Source of the DNA: Eledone cirrhosa
Taxonomy: Eukaryota
DNA: 64,000 nt
Direction: 5' to 3'
NCBI GenBank assembly: GCA_964016885.1
Contig: OZ024743.1
Span: forward strand, 358,484,001 to 358,548,000
Part shown: piece after piece, positions 10,874-22,374 of the stretch
Layout: each line of letters begins with the position of its first letter
Position numbering within the stretch: the stretch's first letter is position 1
Notes under the pieces: generated by a model
The model's input: the letters and a program-made list of their open reading frames with translations, nothing else
Told to the model about the DNA's origin: nothing
Database searches by the model: none
Translations under genes and position numbers: made by a program

Positions 10874-13800
10874 CTGGAAAACAATTTAGAACATTTTTGT
10901 AAATTCTGCATTTTATGACAATAAAAAAAAAAAAGCAGTAAATATCTATCATGTCCAGTTTTTCATTATTTTATTTCATTACATATACTGTAATAAGGTG
11001 ATCACGTAGGTATCACGACAAAAAAGCACCCAGCCCACACTGTAAATGTGGTTGGCATTAGGAAGGGCATCCAGCTGTAGAAATGTAGCCAGAAACAGTT
11101 CCATATGAATAAAAACACAGTCACCAGACCCAACTTGCCTTAAATGGGACAAACCGTCTAACCCATGCTAGCATGGAAAGTGGACATTAAAGGATGATGA
11201 TGATGTTGATAATACTGTATATATTCAAATATAAGCCAAGGAATATGTGACCCCCCAAAAATTGATGGTAAAATGGGAGAGGAGTACGCCATTTAAACAA
11301 TGTATTGATTTTCTGCCTCGACTTATAAATGGGATTTGGATTTTTGCCCATTTCTCAGACATAAATTAGGGTGTCGGCTTATATTCATATACAGTATATT
11401 GTTGAACCACTAAGTTACATGATATGTTACAACACAAACATGGTCGTACACACACACATATGTGTATGTAGATAATGAATACAAAGGACAAACAAACACA
11501 ACCTCATCAACCACTACCTGGAATAGATCACCACGATTTTGTACAAATAAAGTGGCATTGTTACTTTATTTCCAGTGTGCACAATGGCTAGAAAAAAACA
11601 GCCAGTGGGAAGATGCACGTTAGAAAGTTATCTATTTCTACTTAACAGATGGAAAATAGTATGAAATAGAGATGAACCTCCAGTATGTGATAACTTAAGT
11701 TCTAATTGCACCCTTGAAGTATAGAAGCACAATGGTAGCAAGATTAACCCCTTTGTTTCCATATGTCTAATGAAAAACACTCAATGATTTTCAAAATAAT
11801 TAAGAATTTGGAGATGTTAAATAACTTATCTAATTTTCTTATTATTAAGCCAGTGTTTGGGATATAACTTAATAAAGGTTCTTACATAAATTATAATGGA
11901 ATATATTTAAACCAATATAAATACTTTAAAATAAAGAGCTTTATAACACAGAACCAGGGGCCCTTTCAGGCAGTTTGGTGTCAAAAGGGTTAAGGTACTG
12001 AAGTTCAAGTTATTCTATAGATATTGCACTGTTCCCAATGTGAGGCACATAATTCAGTTTGTTTAGCTAACAAAGGTTTTTAAAAAATGGCAGGATAGCA
12101 GTAAAGACACATACAGATGCACAATCAAAGCTTGGTTCAACTAGCTGTAAAAATAGATGTCACAGTCATATCACTTTGTACTGTAAGCAGCTGGAGTATT
12201 GCAAAATTTAAAAATAGTTTGCTCATGCAAACTATATGCAAACATTCTATAGCAGAATAATAGATACTAACCCTTTGTTGCTAAACTTCCTCTGGTTCAA
12301 CACTACAAAAACTGCTTATTTAAAATAAGCAGTTTTTGTAGAGTTTATGTTTATTTAGAAACCTTCCATCATAATTTTATGTAAGAACCTTTCTTAAACT
12401 ATGCTCCACACACCAGCTTGATAATAAGAAAATTAGTTATTTCACTAAATCCTTCTAAATCTTGATTATTTAACAAAATTATGTGAAGATCATAGGCAGT
12501 GTTTTTCATTAGAACTATGGTAATGAAAGGGTTTTAAAAGTCCAGTCTGGATAAAGAAATACATACTTCCTGAAGTTCATATCATTTTCTGAATGATCAA
12601 TGCACTGCCAGTAATCATGAAACTCATCAGGACACTGACTTTTCACTTTGCCAAAGAACTCAAAACCACACCGGGTAACTTCTTTGCCTTCATTTAAACA
12701 ACGCCTAGGGTCATTTGTCTCTGCTCTACACAGCATGAATTCCTGAAAAATTCAAACAGAGTTAGTTGTACTTGTCTGATAAGTAGGTTGATTTGGGAGC
12801 ATGTGTGCAAACTGAATCAATCAAGATGGAGTCATTTTAGACATTCAAAAATAATAATTTAAAAAAATAAAACAATTAGCACACTCTGAAACCTGATTAC
12901 TGACACAATTTCACTGTACTGTTATGTGTGTGTAGTGTGTGTATGTTCACATATATATAGATGTATAAAAGAACTCTGTAAGGTAACATGACAAAAAGGC
13001 ACCTAAGCAGGGTGGTTGTGCTCAAATAAACACCCAGTCCACCCTGTAAGGTGGTTGTGTTGATGGCACAACAGAAGGCACCTGGTCTGCTCTGTGGAAT
13101 GGTTGGGTTGGTAACATGACAAAGAGCATCCAGTCTGCCTTATAAGGTGGTCGTGTTGGTAACATGACAAAAACACGCAATCCACCCTGTAAAGTTGTCA
13201 TGGTAGCAACATGACAATAAACACCCAGTTCACCCTATAAAGTGGTCATGATGGTGACATGACAAAAAGCACCCAGCCCAACCTTGATGACATAACGAAA
13301 AGCACCCAACCCAAACTAGGTGTCGCAACAAAAAGCACCTAGTCGACACTGTAAAGTGCTTATTTTGGTGCCATGACAGAAAGCGCCCAGTCCACACTGT
13401 AAAGTAGTTGTGTTGGTGACATGACAAAAAGTCCCTAGCCCACACTGTAAAGTAGTTGTGTTGGTGTCAATACAAAAAGCAGCCAGTCTACACTGAAAAG
13501 TGGTTATTTTGGTACCACGATAAAAAGCACCCAATCCCCACAGTAAATATGGTTGGTGTAAGGAAATGCATCCAGCCATAGAAACCAAGCCAGAAACAGT
13601 TCTGTATGAGCAGACATGGTCATTTGGTCTGACTTTCTCACAATGAGACAACTTGTCTAAGCCATGTTAACATGGAAAAATAGACATTACACGATGATGA
13701 TGATATATGTGTGTATGTGTAAAAATATATATATATATATATGGAGGCACATGGCTTAGTGGTTAGAGCATTGGCCTTGCAATCAAAAGGTTGTGAGTTC

Positions 13801-16800
13801 AATTCTCAGACCGGGTGATGTGTTGTTTCCTTGAGCAACACACTTTATTTCACATTGCTCCAGTTTACTCAGCTGTAGAAATGAGATGATAGGGACTGGG
13901 GTCCATATCATTCCACTGCAAAGTGGTCGTGGAGGTGCCACGGCAAAAAAGCACCCAGCACTCACTGTAAATGAGGTTGGTGTTAGGAAGGGCATCCAGC
14001 TGTAGAAATCAAGCCAGAATCAGTTCCCGTCCCACCATTGCAAGCAGGGAAAAGTGGACGTAAAATGAAATGATGATGATGATGATGATGATATATATAT
14101 AAGTATGAGGAGATAGAAATCGTTAATAGTAAAAAAAAAAGTTAATAAAATGGCAGCAGTCTGCTAAGAATTTATCATGAATTATTATTAAGTGATGTCT
14201 ATGTGTGGAGGAGGACTTCTTATTACGAAGTCGGCAGATGGTCTGCCAGAACATTTTATTTGCTGATCTGAAGTCAGATTCCAGCGTAACTGCAAAGTCC
14301 TCCCATCTCTTTACTGTCTCTGCTGCGATTCTTCGGACCTCCTGAACTGCAAGGAGGACTTATTTCCAAGCAAAGCTTTGTCGGCTTTCTTCTTTACTTG
14401 GATGGCATCTTTGACCTCTTGATTGACCCAAGGGGTCCTCCTGCCATTCAGCGCCACATCAAGCCTCTTTCACCTGCAGCATTAAACAAGTGAAGCAGAA
14501 ACTGCTGAGCTGAACAATCTTCACTCTGCCTCGTCCTCAGTGAGTTCTCTGAATTTGGATGCATATCTGGTCCTGACTTCCTTATCAACCAACGCTTCCA
14601 CCTTTATCCTGTAGATCGCACTGGACCTGCCAGTTTTGTGGGCTTCTTTGACTTAAGGTAGTCTCAAGTTTCAGATAACTAGATGGGAGTATTGCCAAGA
14701 GGTATATTTTTGTTTTGTAGACCTCAAAAAAGTATATGACCGCATTCCTCGGGACCTGCTGTGGAATGTTGTGCAGGAGTATGGGCTCGATGGTCAGCTT
14801 CTTGCTGTTCTGATGTCTCTATAATGAATGCTCAAGTTTTTACATTCGGATAAATGGTGCTAAATCAAAACCATTCAATGTAGGAATCGGACTCTGCCAA
14901 GGGTGCGTACTGTCACCCCTCTTGTTCATTATTTGAACAGGATTAACATGCGCAGCCAGGTTGGAAGTGGTATCACGACTGGCAGGTGTAAAATCAGTCA
15001 GCTGGAATTTGCAGACGACATGGTGTTACTTAACTCAACAGAAGGTGATCTCCAACTTGCACTTGATAGGTTTGATGCCAAGTGCTGCATGGCTGGAATG
15101 AAAATCAGTGATTCGAAAACTGAGACACTCATCCTTTCAAGGAAACCTATGCAGTACACTCTACATGTGAATGGAGTTCCACTGAAGTAGGTGGAGAAGT
15201 TCAAGTACCTCGGGGTCATGTTCACAAGTGATGGAAGACAGGAGACTAAATTAAGTGTGAGAATTGAAGGAGCTGGTGCAGTAATGCGCCAGCTTCAGCA
15301 TTCCGTAATCAGAAGAAGTGAGGTAGGTGTAAAAGGCAAACTCGCCATCTTCAATTCAGTGTTCATGCCAACTCTTATCTATGGTCATGAATCTTGGGGT
15401 AATGACCAAAGGAATACAATCACGAATACACACACTATTGAGTCTGTAGCTCAGAGATCAGTGTCATTTTAGGTAGAGCTGCTACTCTTAGGGACATTCA
15501 GTTTGTTACAAAGTTGATCCCTTGAATTGCAGTTACAGACCATTCCACAGCCTTCAAAACAGTTTCTATCTACCAAATTTCCCTCACAAAGCTAAGGTGT
15601 ATGACACTGGGATTGAACATGAAACCTTATGATTGCCAAGTCAACTTCTTAACCATTCACTCATGCTGACATCTAACAATAGTATAATATTAACATTAAA
15701 AATAATTGTTTCTATTTTTGGCACAAGGCCAGCAATTACCCAGTACATTACTGGTACTTTATTTTTCCAAGAAAATAGAATATATGTTTGGCTTACCATA
15801 TATACTTGTATACAAACAAGTCACACTACACTTCGTGTTTATAATTTGGTTTCAGGCTTCATTCTGTCCATAAATCACATGTTACGTTTTGTAAATGTCA
15901 TTTGCAGTTGAATTTGAATTAAAATTAAAAGAAAATGATGAAATACACATCATTGTTAATACAGTCTACCAAAATCCTTTAATCATGGTAATGTGTTTCT
16001 GTGATCTCTGCTCATACATATCATCTGGTGCTATTAAATCATATCTAACATTGGACATTAGGATTATAGCTGGTTGATAAAGAACTGTGCATATATGTTT
16101 AGTATATGTGGAAAGCGTGAATATATAAATTAGTCCAGTTCTACATAAGCAGTCGTTTTACAAAAGACATTATAAACATTATATTTGTTTACAATGTTGA
16201 TATTGTCACTGAATATTGACATGATCAGCCCACCCTATATTATCAATAATTTACCAATGTGTGTGTGTATGAGTGTTAATATATGCTGCAAATTTCAGGC
16301 CCAGAGTAAAAGTCTGGTAAATAACTTGTATACAGTTTTTCGCATCGGTTTCTTTTTTATTTTTAATCAAAGACTGCGATTTTTCTATGAATATATACAA
16401 CAGTTTCATCCATAATGTTAACAAATTTAATGTAGTGAGCATTAAATATCTAATACTAATATTATTTTAATCATTTTGGCAACTACAGGAGACACTCTGA
16501 ACATGTTTTAGTCTTATTCGATAGACCTCCGTAGTAAAACATTGATTTCACTGTTCTAGCCGAAGTAGTAATAAGAGAGTTGTGAGGTAGAAGTACAATA
16601 TCAGTGATTTGTTGCTGTTGTTTTTCAATATGCAATTTTTTTCATATCTACTTGTTTACAATACTCTACATCCACTTAATATTTGGTAAGAACTTAAGCA
16701 AATACAATGACACCCATACTTAACCAAGGAGGTCGAATGACTGAAAAATATAGTTACCTACTGTACTAGCCGAAATGATATTGCTGATGGAACGACTGTT

Positions 16801-17144
16801 AACACTTCTACTCTAAAAAGGCAGTTATGCAAGAACACACACTCACAAAACACATGCATCACTCCAGACGAATGATAGATAAAAATCGATCTCATTACAC
16901 TTTCAATTGAGAAACACACAATTATAATGACTAGCAAGGTGAACCGACCAAAAATATTTAGTCACCCTTCGTAGATAACCTTGCCCACAGTAAAAAAAAA
17001 AAAACATGCACTTACTTTGCATTGATAGTCACAGTATTTGCCATAATACAAGGACCCAGCTCTAAGTACGGAGGAAGTGAGTTGTAATTCTGGTACATCT
17101 AACTCTTCAAAACTAGGAATCCAGTCTTCTTCAGTGTAAGGCAT
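10669..17144 (-). CDS. NDUFA8: NADH dehydrogenase (ubiquinone) 1 alpha subcomplex subunit 8; join 17144-17016, 12742-12567, 10873-10669; 169 aa
   Basis: GT-AG introns with compatible phases (0, 2). Protein has PSFEELDVPELQLTSSVLRAG, GKYC, EFMLCR..DPRRCLNEGKEVT.C, CRQTQKVFDDCV and RP..GYFSKVRLHD..RP, with twin CX9C-type cysteines. Confidence 0.95.
11010..11205 (+). mobile_element. SINE / bipartite RTE-derived element, 3' part
   Basis: AAAAGCACCCAG..CACACTGTAAA..GGTTGGCATTAGGAAGGGCATCCAGCTGTAGAAA..AACCCATGCTAGCATGGAAAG..(GAT)n tail. Similar copies at 20178-20355 (-), 33705-33930 and 53500-53675. Confidence 0.75.
11213..11396. mobile_element. Tc1/mariner-type MITE
   Basis: TA|CTGTATATATTCAAATATAAGCC ... 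GGCTTATATTCATATACAG|TA imperfect terminal inverted repeats with TA flanks. Confidence 0.6.
11744..11993. mobile_element. piggyBac-type MITE (family 1)
   Basis: TTAA|CCCCTTTG...CAAAAGGG|TTAA. Related copies at about 12268-12515 (inverted), 34503-34750, 36353-36560, 38040-38243 and 45616-45780. Confidence 0.7.
12567..12742 (-). CDS. NDUFA8: NDUFA8 coding exon 2
   Basis: ttttcag acceptor, gtatgt donor; EFMLCRAETNDPRRCL...MNFRK. Confidence 0.95.
12980..13705 (+). repeat. Tandem array of about 13 units (about 48 bp) of a SINE-internal module, ending in a SINE tail
   Basis: Recurrent GGTGACATGACAAAAAGCACCCAGTCCACACTGTAAAGTGGTTGTGTT with period 48 (some 33-34), followed by AGGAAATGCATCCAGC...CCATGTTAACATGG...(GAT)n. 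Confidence 0.85.
13744..14092 (+). mobile_element. Full-length tRNA-derived SINE (family A)
   Basis: A-box TGGCTTAGTGG, B-box GAGTTCAATTC, body, and (GAT)n tail. Highly similar copies at 21998-22372 (-) and 35463-35806 (+). Confidence 0.9.
14232..15430 (+). mobile_element. RTE/Expander-like LINE fragment with inverted 5' segment
   Basis: About 14685-15430 (+): FVDLKKVYDRIPR, EFADDMVLL, EKFKYLGVMFTSDG, PTLIYGHESW. About 14232-14685 is the upstream LINE segment in the opposite orientation (compare 23235-23705). Confidence 0.85.
17016..17144 (-). CDS. NDUFA8: NDUFA8 coding exon 1
   Basis: ATG at 17144 and gtaagt donor; MPYTEEDWIPSFEEL...YQCK. Confidence 0.93.
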
Positions 17145-17819
17145 GTTTGTCCTTCGTCGGAGACACCTAAACAAAACACAAGAATTCACTACACTTGGCC
17201 GCTTACTGTCGTAAGCTAAAGCCGCTTAATACGCAAATAATAACACCCTCTTGTTTATACATAACAAATACACAATATTTTTACAGTATTACTCGTCATA
17301 TAATGGGCAATTTTCGAAGTTTACTTTTGCCACTGTGTGATATCTAGTAATATTACGTAGGTAAGAAAAATGTATAATTTTATTTTCCCCCCTCCGATTT
17401 CAATGGGAAATTTTTTCGCTGTTTCTTCGTGTGCTACTAAGTAACATTACCTTTGAAAATGCTGCAAAGGACTTATTTCCCTGGAAAACCAAGGGGGAAG
17501 AAGTTGGGATTGGAGTTTGGGTTAGGGTTATGTTAGAATGTCTCAGGAACGAATCGCTGGACAGATTTTACGGGCATAACCAACTGGTAGGAGACCTAGG
17601 GATAGACCCCAAGCAAGATTCATAATAGAGAGATATGGGGAGGGCGAGAGAGATAGAGGCGATGACGGTGGGAGTTCGACTCTTCTGTGTTTGGACCTAA
17701 TGTGCAGCGTCAGTTGTTCGTAAGGAGGTAGTAATTCATAATTACTTATAACTAGTCTTATTTTTTCCTCATATATTTTACACTTAATAATTCGACTCAA
17801 TAACTTGACAAACTACATC

Positions 17820-17970
17820 CATGAGCCCAGCTAGTGTCACGGGAATCCAGCGGGATCAATTGGTGACGATTGCTTGTGACAGGACCTGCTGGGAGGAGTG
17901 TTTGAGGAGTCTGCTTCCATGACCCTCTCACTCTCAGGAATAATTGGGAGAAGAAGCATGGGAAAAGGGA
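17820..17970 (+). mobile_element. Probable 3' end of an RTE/Expander-like LINE
   Basis: GACAGGACCTGCTGGGAGGAGTGTTTGAGGAGTCTGCTTCCATGACCC resembles the DR..W...L..LPPRP C-terminus of this clade. Confidence 0.4.
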
Positions 17971-18724
17971 AAGAATGAAATAACGTTATAATTCATTTTG
18001 GCTACATTGGGCAAAAACGATTGAAAAATTCATATTCAGTTGCTGCTGCTGTTGTTGTTGTTGGTGATGTTGACAGGAAATTAAATAACATTAGGACATA
18101 AAAACGTAAAGGTAAAAATAAATAAATAGAAGATGGGTGGTGATAATTCATATATGTTTGAGTGTAGGATGGCTTTGTAAGCCTATGTACAGTATAGCAG
18201 GTTTATTTTGGAGTATATCATAGCCACTGAATTGTTATTTAAGCTCTACTGACCCTCTCACCACTATTATCTAACTTCTAATTCCTATTTTTACTGGTGG
18301 AAGGGAGGAAAATGTCCCCTAACTAGCGTCCTGGCCCAGATGTTTGCAACAGCGTGGATTCTGCTTAAGGCACCCAACAGCAATGGATTAAGCCTACCAC
18401 CCAAGTAGGTCACAGTATGATTTGAACACTTAATACGAAGGGATGGAACAAATACTGCAAGACATCTTGTCCAACACTAACAGTTCCATCAATCCACTGC
18501 TTTGGACTGGTACTTTATTCTATCAACCTCGATATGATAAAAGGCAAAGTTGACTATGGCAGAAGTTGAACTCATAGTGCCTAGAGTACTGATAAATATC
18601 TCAAGGCACTTTGTCCCAGGCTCATTTTAAATAAGAGCAGAAACTAGAATTTTAAATCATTTTTATAACATGTGGAAACTGGAATGCACAGAGACAACCC
18701 TCACATCTAAATACACACTCACAC

Positions 18725-18785
<61 letters not shown>

Positions 18786-18934
18786 AATTAAAATACTAGA
18801 GTGTGTTGGAGTTAAACACCTTCTTCATATTATAGAAATGACAGTATAAGATATAGCTCAATGTAATTAAACAGAGCCAAAGAATTATAAAAAATAAACC
18901 AAAGAAGCCTTCAATACATCAAAAGTCTTTATTA

Positions 18935-18972
18935 GCCAACAATGTTTCGTCCTATTAAGGACTCATCGGGGC
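18935..18972 (-). ncRNA. Minimal hammerhead ribozyme, core-mutated copy (CCGAUGA)
   Basis: Reverse complement of 19659-19696 except for a U-to-C change in the CUGA turn. Confidence 0.6.
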
Positions 18973-19658
18973 AAGTAAAGCTACAAGAAGCACTATCGGC
19001 CAATACAAGCCAAAAACTCAGAAGAATATGGAGTATACATCTATTAAAGCCCAGGAAGGATATCAAGGAAAAGTAGGCTAAGATTAAGAGTGAGCAGTTA
19101 CAAACATAGATATAGACCAAATAGCAAGGAAGTGATTAACATGTTGAACCCACATTGTAAATATTATATAATGCAAAAACTTGAAACACAAATGGTAATA
19201 TAATGCGAGAATTACAGTACGATATAGAATATAATATAATATAATAGATGGTGATAATAAAAAGCTTAATATATGTATATATATATATATATATCTATAC
19301 ATATATACATTAGTACAAACACAAACTAACACTTATTAAGTATTTAAATATATATATATATATTGTTTACAGTATAATATAATAAAGATAAGAATAAAAA
19401 TAAAAATAAAATATAATATATAATTCCCTGTCAGTGTGCATAAACAATATAAAAACATTATAATAACATTATAATAACAATATAATATATTGGCATCAAA
19501 AGATATACAAAATTACATCATATATATAATTCAAGGTTAACAAATAGTATAAAGTTTTACACAGGGTAAGAAAAAATAGATGTATAATAGCTGTATACTC
19601 CATATTCTTCTGAGTTTTTGGCTTGTATTGGCCGATAGTGCTTCTTGTAGCTTTACTT

Positions 19659-19696
19659 GCCCTGATGAGTCCTTAATAGGACGAAACATTGTTGGC
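19659..19696 (+). ncRNA. Minimal type I hammerhead ribozyme
   Basis: GCC-CTGATGA-GTCCT-TAAT-AGGAC-GAA-AC-ATT-GT-T-GGC, then AATAAA at 19698. All core nucleotides are present; GUU cleavage triplet. Confidence 0.85.
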
Positions 19697-19859
19697 TAAT
19701 AAAGACTTTTGATGTATTGAAGGCTTCTTTGGTTTATTTTTTATAATTTTTATAATATATATATATATAGTTAGAGAACTGGTTGCACTTACCAATGAAA
19801 CGGTCGTAAATACCTGGATAAAATCCTTCTCTTAATGCTTACCTGTGTTTTCTCTTTTA

Positions 19860-19862
<3 letters not shown>

Positions 19863-19915
<53 letters not shown>
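19863..19915. repeat. (TA)n microsatellite
   Basis: Read directly from the sequence. Confidence 0.95.
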
Positions 19916-19922
<7 letters not shown>

Positions 19923-20028
19923 GTGTGTATGAATGAAGTAATTTCGTCGGAAAGGTACAGGAAATAAAGAGTGCTCTATGTAGGCTACAGAGCTTATTAG
20001 TTATGTAAGAAACAACATAAGATAATTA

Positions 20029-20091
20029 TTTCATTTACAGGTGGTTTCTTGAAAGCAGATGTTAGATCTGTTTTCAGTCATCAGAATGAAA
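20029..20091 (-). ncRNA. Type I hammerhead ribozyme in foldback 19998-20177
   Basis: Minus strand: TTTCATT-CTGATGA-cTGAAAaCAGAT-CTAAC-ATCTGcTTTCAa-GAA-AC-CACCT-GT-A-AATGAAA. 7-bp stem I, GUA site, mismatch at the base of stem II. Confidence 0.7.
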
Positions 20092-20359
20092 ACGACGACT
20101 GAAAACATCTAACATCTGCTTTCAAGAAACCACTGGTAAATGAAATAATTATCTTATGTTGTTTATTACATAACTATCATCATCATCATCATCATCTTCG
20201 TTTAACGTCCGTTTTCCACGCTAGCATGGGTTAGACGGAAGTTGTCCCACTTGAGGCAAAGCTGGTCGGGTGACCGTGTCTCGCTCATATAGGACTATCT
20301 GGCAGGTTTTCTACGGCTAGATGCCCTTCCTAACACCAACCACATTTACAGTGTGGAAC

Positions 20360-21670
20360 TGGGAACTTTTCTCTCAAGTAAACAGCATCTCATCCCTCTT
20401 ATTCCTAATTTCTCACTTAGTTCATTTATGCTTTGCCGTTCATGTATATTACTATTACACATCCTACAGAGAATGCATGCTTCGTTCCTTTCCAGTCTAC
20501 GCAGGTCCGCTGCACGTAATGCCCATGTCTCACTGCCATGTAGCATTGCTGTTCGTATACAGGCATCATACAATCTGCCTTTCATTTTTAGAGAGAAACC
20601 TTTTGTGGCCAACAGCGGTATAAGATCTCTGAATTTTTTCCATCCCGTTCTGACTCTAGCTACTGTACTTTCAGAACACCCTCCACCACTGCTGATTTTG
20701 TCACCCAGGTAACGGAAAGTGTCTACTATTTCTATAGAACCATCTGGGCAATGGAAGGAGCTAGTATCCTTTGGACACTTGCTACTTATTGCATCTGAGC
20801 ATTGGCCACATATAAAGTCTACGTTCTTAGATAGTTTACCTGTGATCCCACTACATTTTTTATGTACCCATACTTTGCATTTGGGACATAAAATGGAATT
20901 TCTGCCTACTCCTTTCCTACACACTGAGCATGGCCATTTCCCTGAGGGCACCTGTGCCCTATTTTCCTTTCTACAAACTAGAACTTTAGTCTTAGACAAG
21001 TTAACTTTAAGACCTTTTGATTCTAAGCCATGCTTCCATGTTTCGAATTTCTTCTCTAGTTCAGCTGTGAGCGTTAGATCATCTGCGTATAGGAGTTCCC
21101 ATGGGCAGCCGGTCTTGAACTCCTCTGTTATAGCCTGAAGGGCAATAATAAATAAGAGGAGGCTAAGGACAGAGCCTTGATGAACGCCAACTTTTACACT
21201 AAATTCTTCACAATATTCATTGTTAATTCTAACCTTACTGACTGTTTCATTATACATAGCTTGTATAGCTCTCACAAACCATTCATCTACACCTAGTTTT
21301 CTAAGAGCCCACCAGATAATGGAGCGGGGGACTCTGTCAAAAGCTTTCTCCAGGTCTACAAAAGCTAAGTAGAGGGGTTTACTTTTAGCTAGGTACTTCT
21401 CTTGTAGTTGTCGTACAAAGAAAAGAGCGTCTGGTACTTTTACCTGACACAAACCCAAACTGCATTTCATCTAGATCAATTCTCTCTCTGATTAGTTGCG
21501 CTATAACTCTTTCTGTGACCTTCATGACCTGGTCAACTAACTTAATACCTCTATAGTTTCCCCTATCTAGAGCATCCCCTTTACCCTTGTAGCAGTTAAT
21601 GATGATGCTGTTACGCCAGTCTTTCGGTATGACCCCATTCTGTATTACTTGGTTAACTATACGGGTGACC
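20360..21670 (-). mobile_element. RTE-clade LINE RT region with PHD-like Cys insertion
   Basis: YKGKGDALDRGNYRGIKL, FVDLEKAFDRVPR, GVHQGSVLS, LLYADDL, WPCSVC...CPKC..WVHKKC...CGQC, FRYLGD, MLHGSETW. One frameshift near 21440; truncated at both ends. Confidence 0.9.
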
Positions 21671-21997
21671 AATCCATTCCTCTGCAAGTTTAGTAACTGG
21701 ACGATTATTTACTTGTTGAAGCTCTTTTGTCACACACTCTGTGACCAGCGCAATGACTATTCTTGTTACTCTGTTTCCTCTTCATTTTGATTTTGTTTTA
21801 TTTACTACAGAGAGAGATGATTGTACTACAGAGAGAGATGATTGTTCCACCTGCTTCAGTGGAACTCCATTCACATGTAGAATGCACTGCACATTGAGAG
21901 GATAAGTGTCTCAGTTTTCACAGCACTGATTTTCATTCCAGCCATGCAGCACTTGGCATCAAACCTATCCATGGAGAGTTGAAGATCATCTTGTGTT

Positions 21998-22372
21998 CAT
22001 CATCATCATCATTTTACGTCCGCTTTTCTCTACTTGCAAGGGTGGGATGGGAACTGATTCTGGCTTGATTTCTACAGCTGGATGCCCTTCATAACACCAA
22101 CCTCATTTACAGTGAGTGCTGGGTGCTATTTTTCCGTGGCGCCTACATGTCCACTTTGCAGTGTGGGCTTGGTGCTTTTTTTCCGTGGCACCTCTACGAC
22201 CACTTTGCAGTGGAATGATAGGGACCCCAGTTGCTATCATCTCATTTCTACAGCTGATCAATGTGAAATAAAGTGTCTTGCTCAAGGAAACAACACATCA
22301 CCCGGTCTGAGAATTGAACTCACAACCTTTCGATTGCAAGCCCAATGCTCTAACCACTAAGCCATGTGCCTT
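21998..22372 (-). mobile_element. Full-length tRNA-derived SINE (family A)
   Basis: Reverse complement of 13744-14092 with one extra internal module. Confidence 0.9.
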
Positions 22373-22374
22373 CA

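Larger units (their letters stand above)
18883..19748. mobile_element. Penelope-like pLTR remnant with about 155-bp inverted repeat
   Basis: 18883-19037 is the reverse complement of about 19594-19748. Each arm holds a hammerhead motif followed by AATAAA; flanked by (TA)n. Confidence 0.75.

Noticed and set aside
12980-13560. CRISPR-like regularly spaced repeats
   Set aside because: The 'spacers' are homologous to each other, the unit derives from a SINE, the context is a eukaryotic intron, and there are no cas genes.
13744-13825. tRNA gene (also 22290-22372 and 35463-35545)
   Set aside because: A and B boxes are present, but there is no proper acceptor stem and the sequence runs into a SINE body and (GAT)n tail.
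16962-17189. ORF-track extension of NDUFA8 exon 1
   Set aside because: Homology starts at the ATG at 17144 and ends at the donor after 17016. The extensions are UTR and intron read-through.
20353-21138. Plus-strand ORFs of 100-139 aa
   Set aside because: Antisense shadows of the RTE RT ORF.
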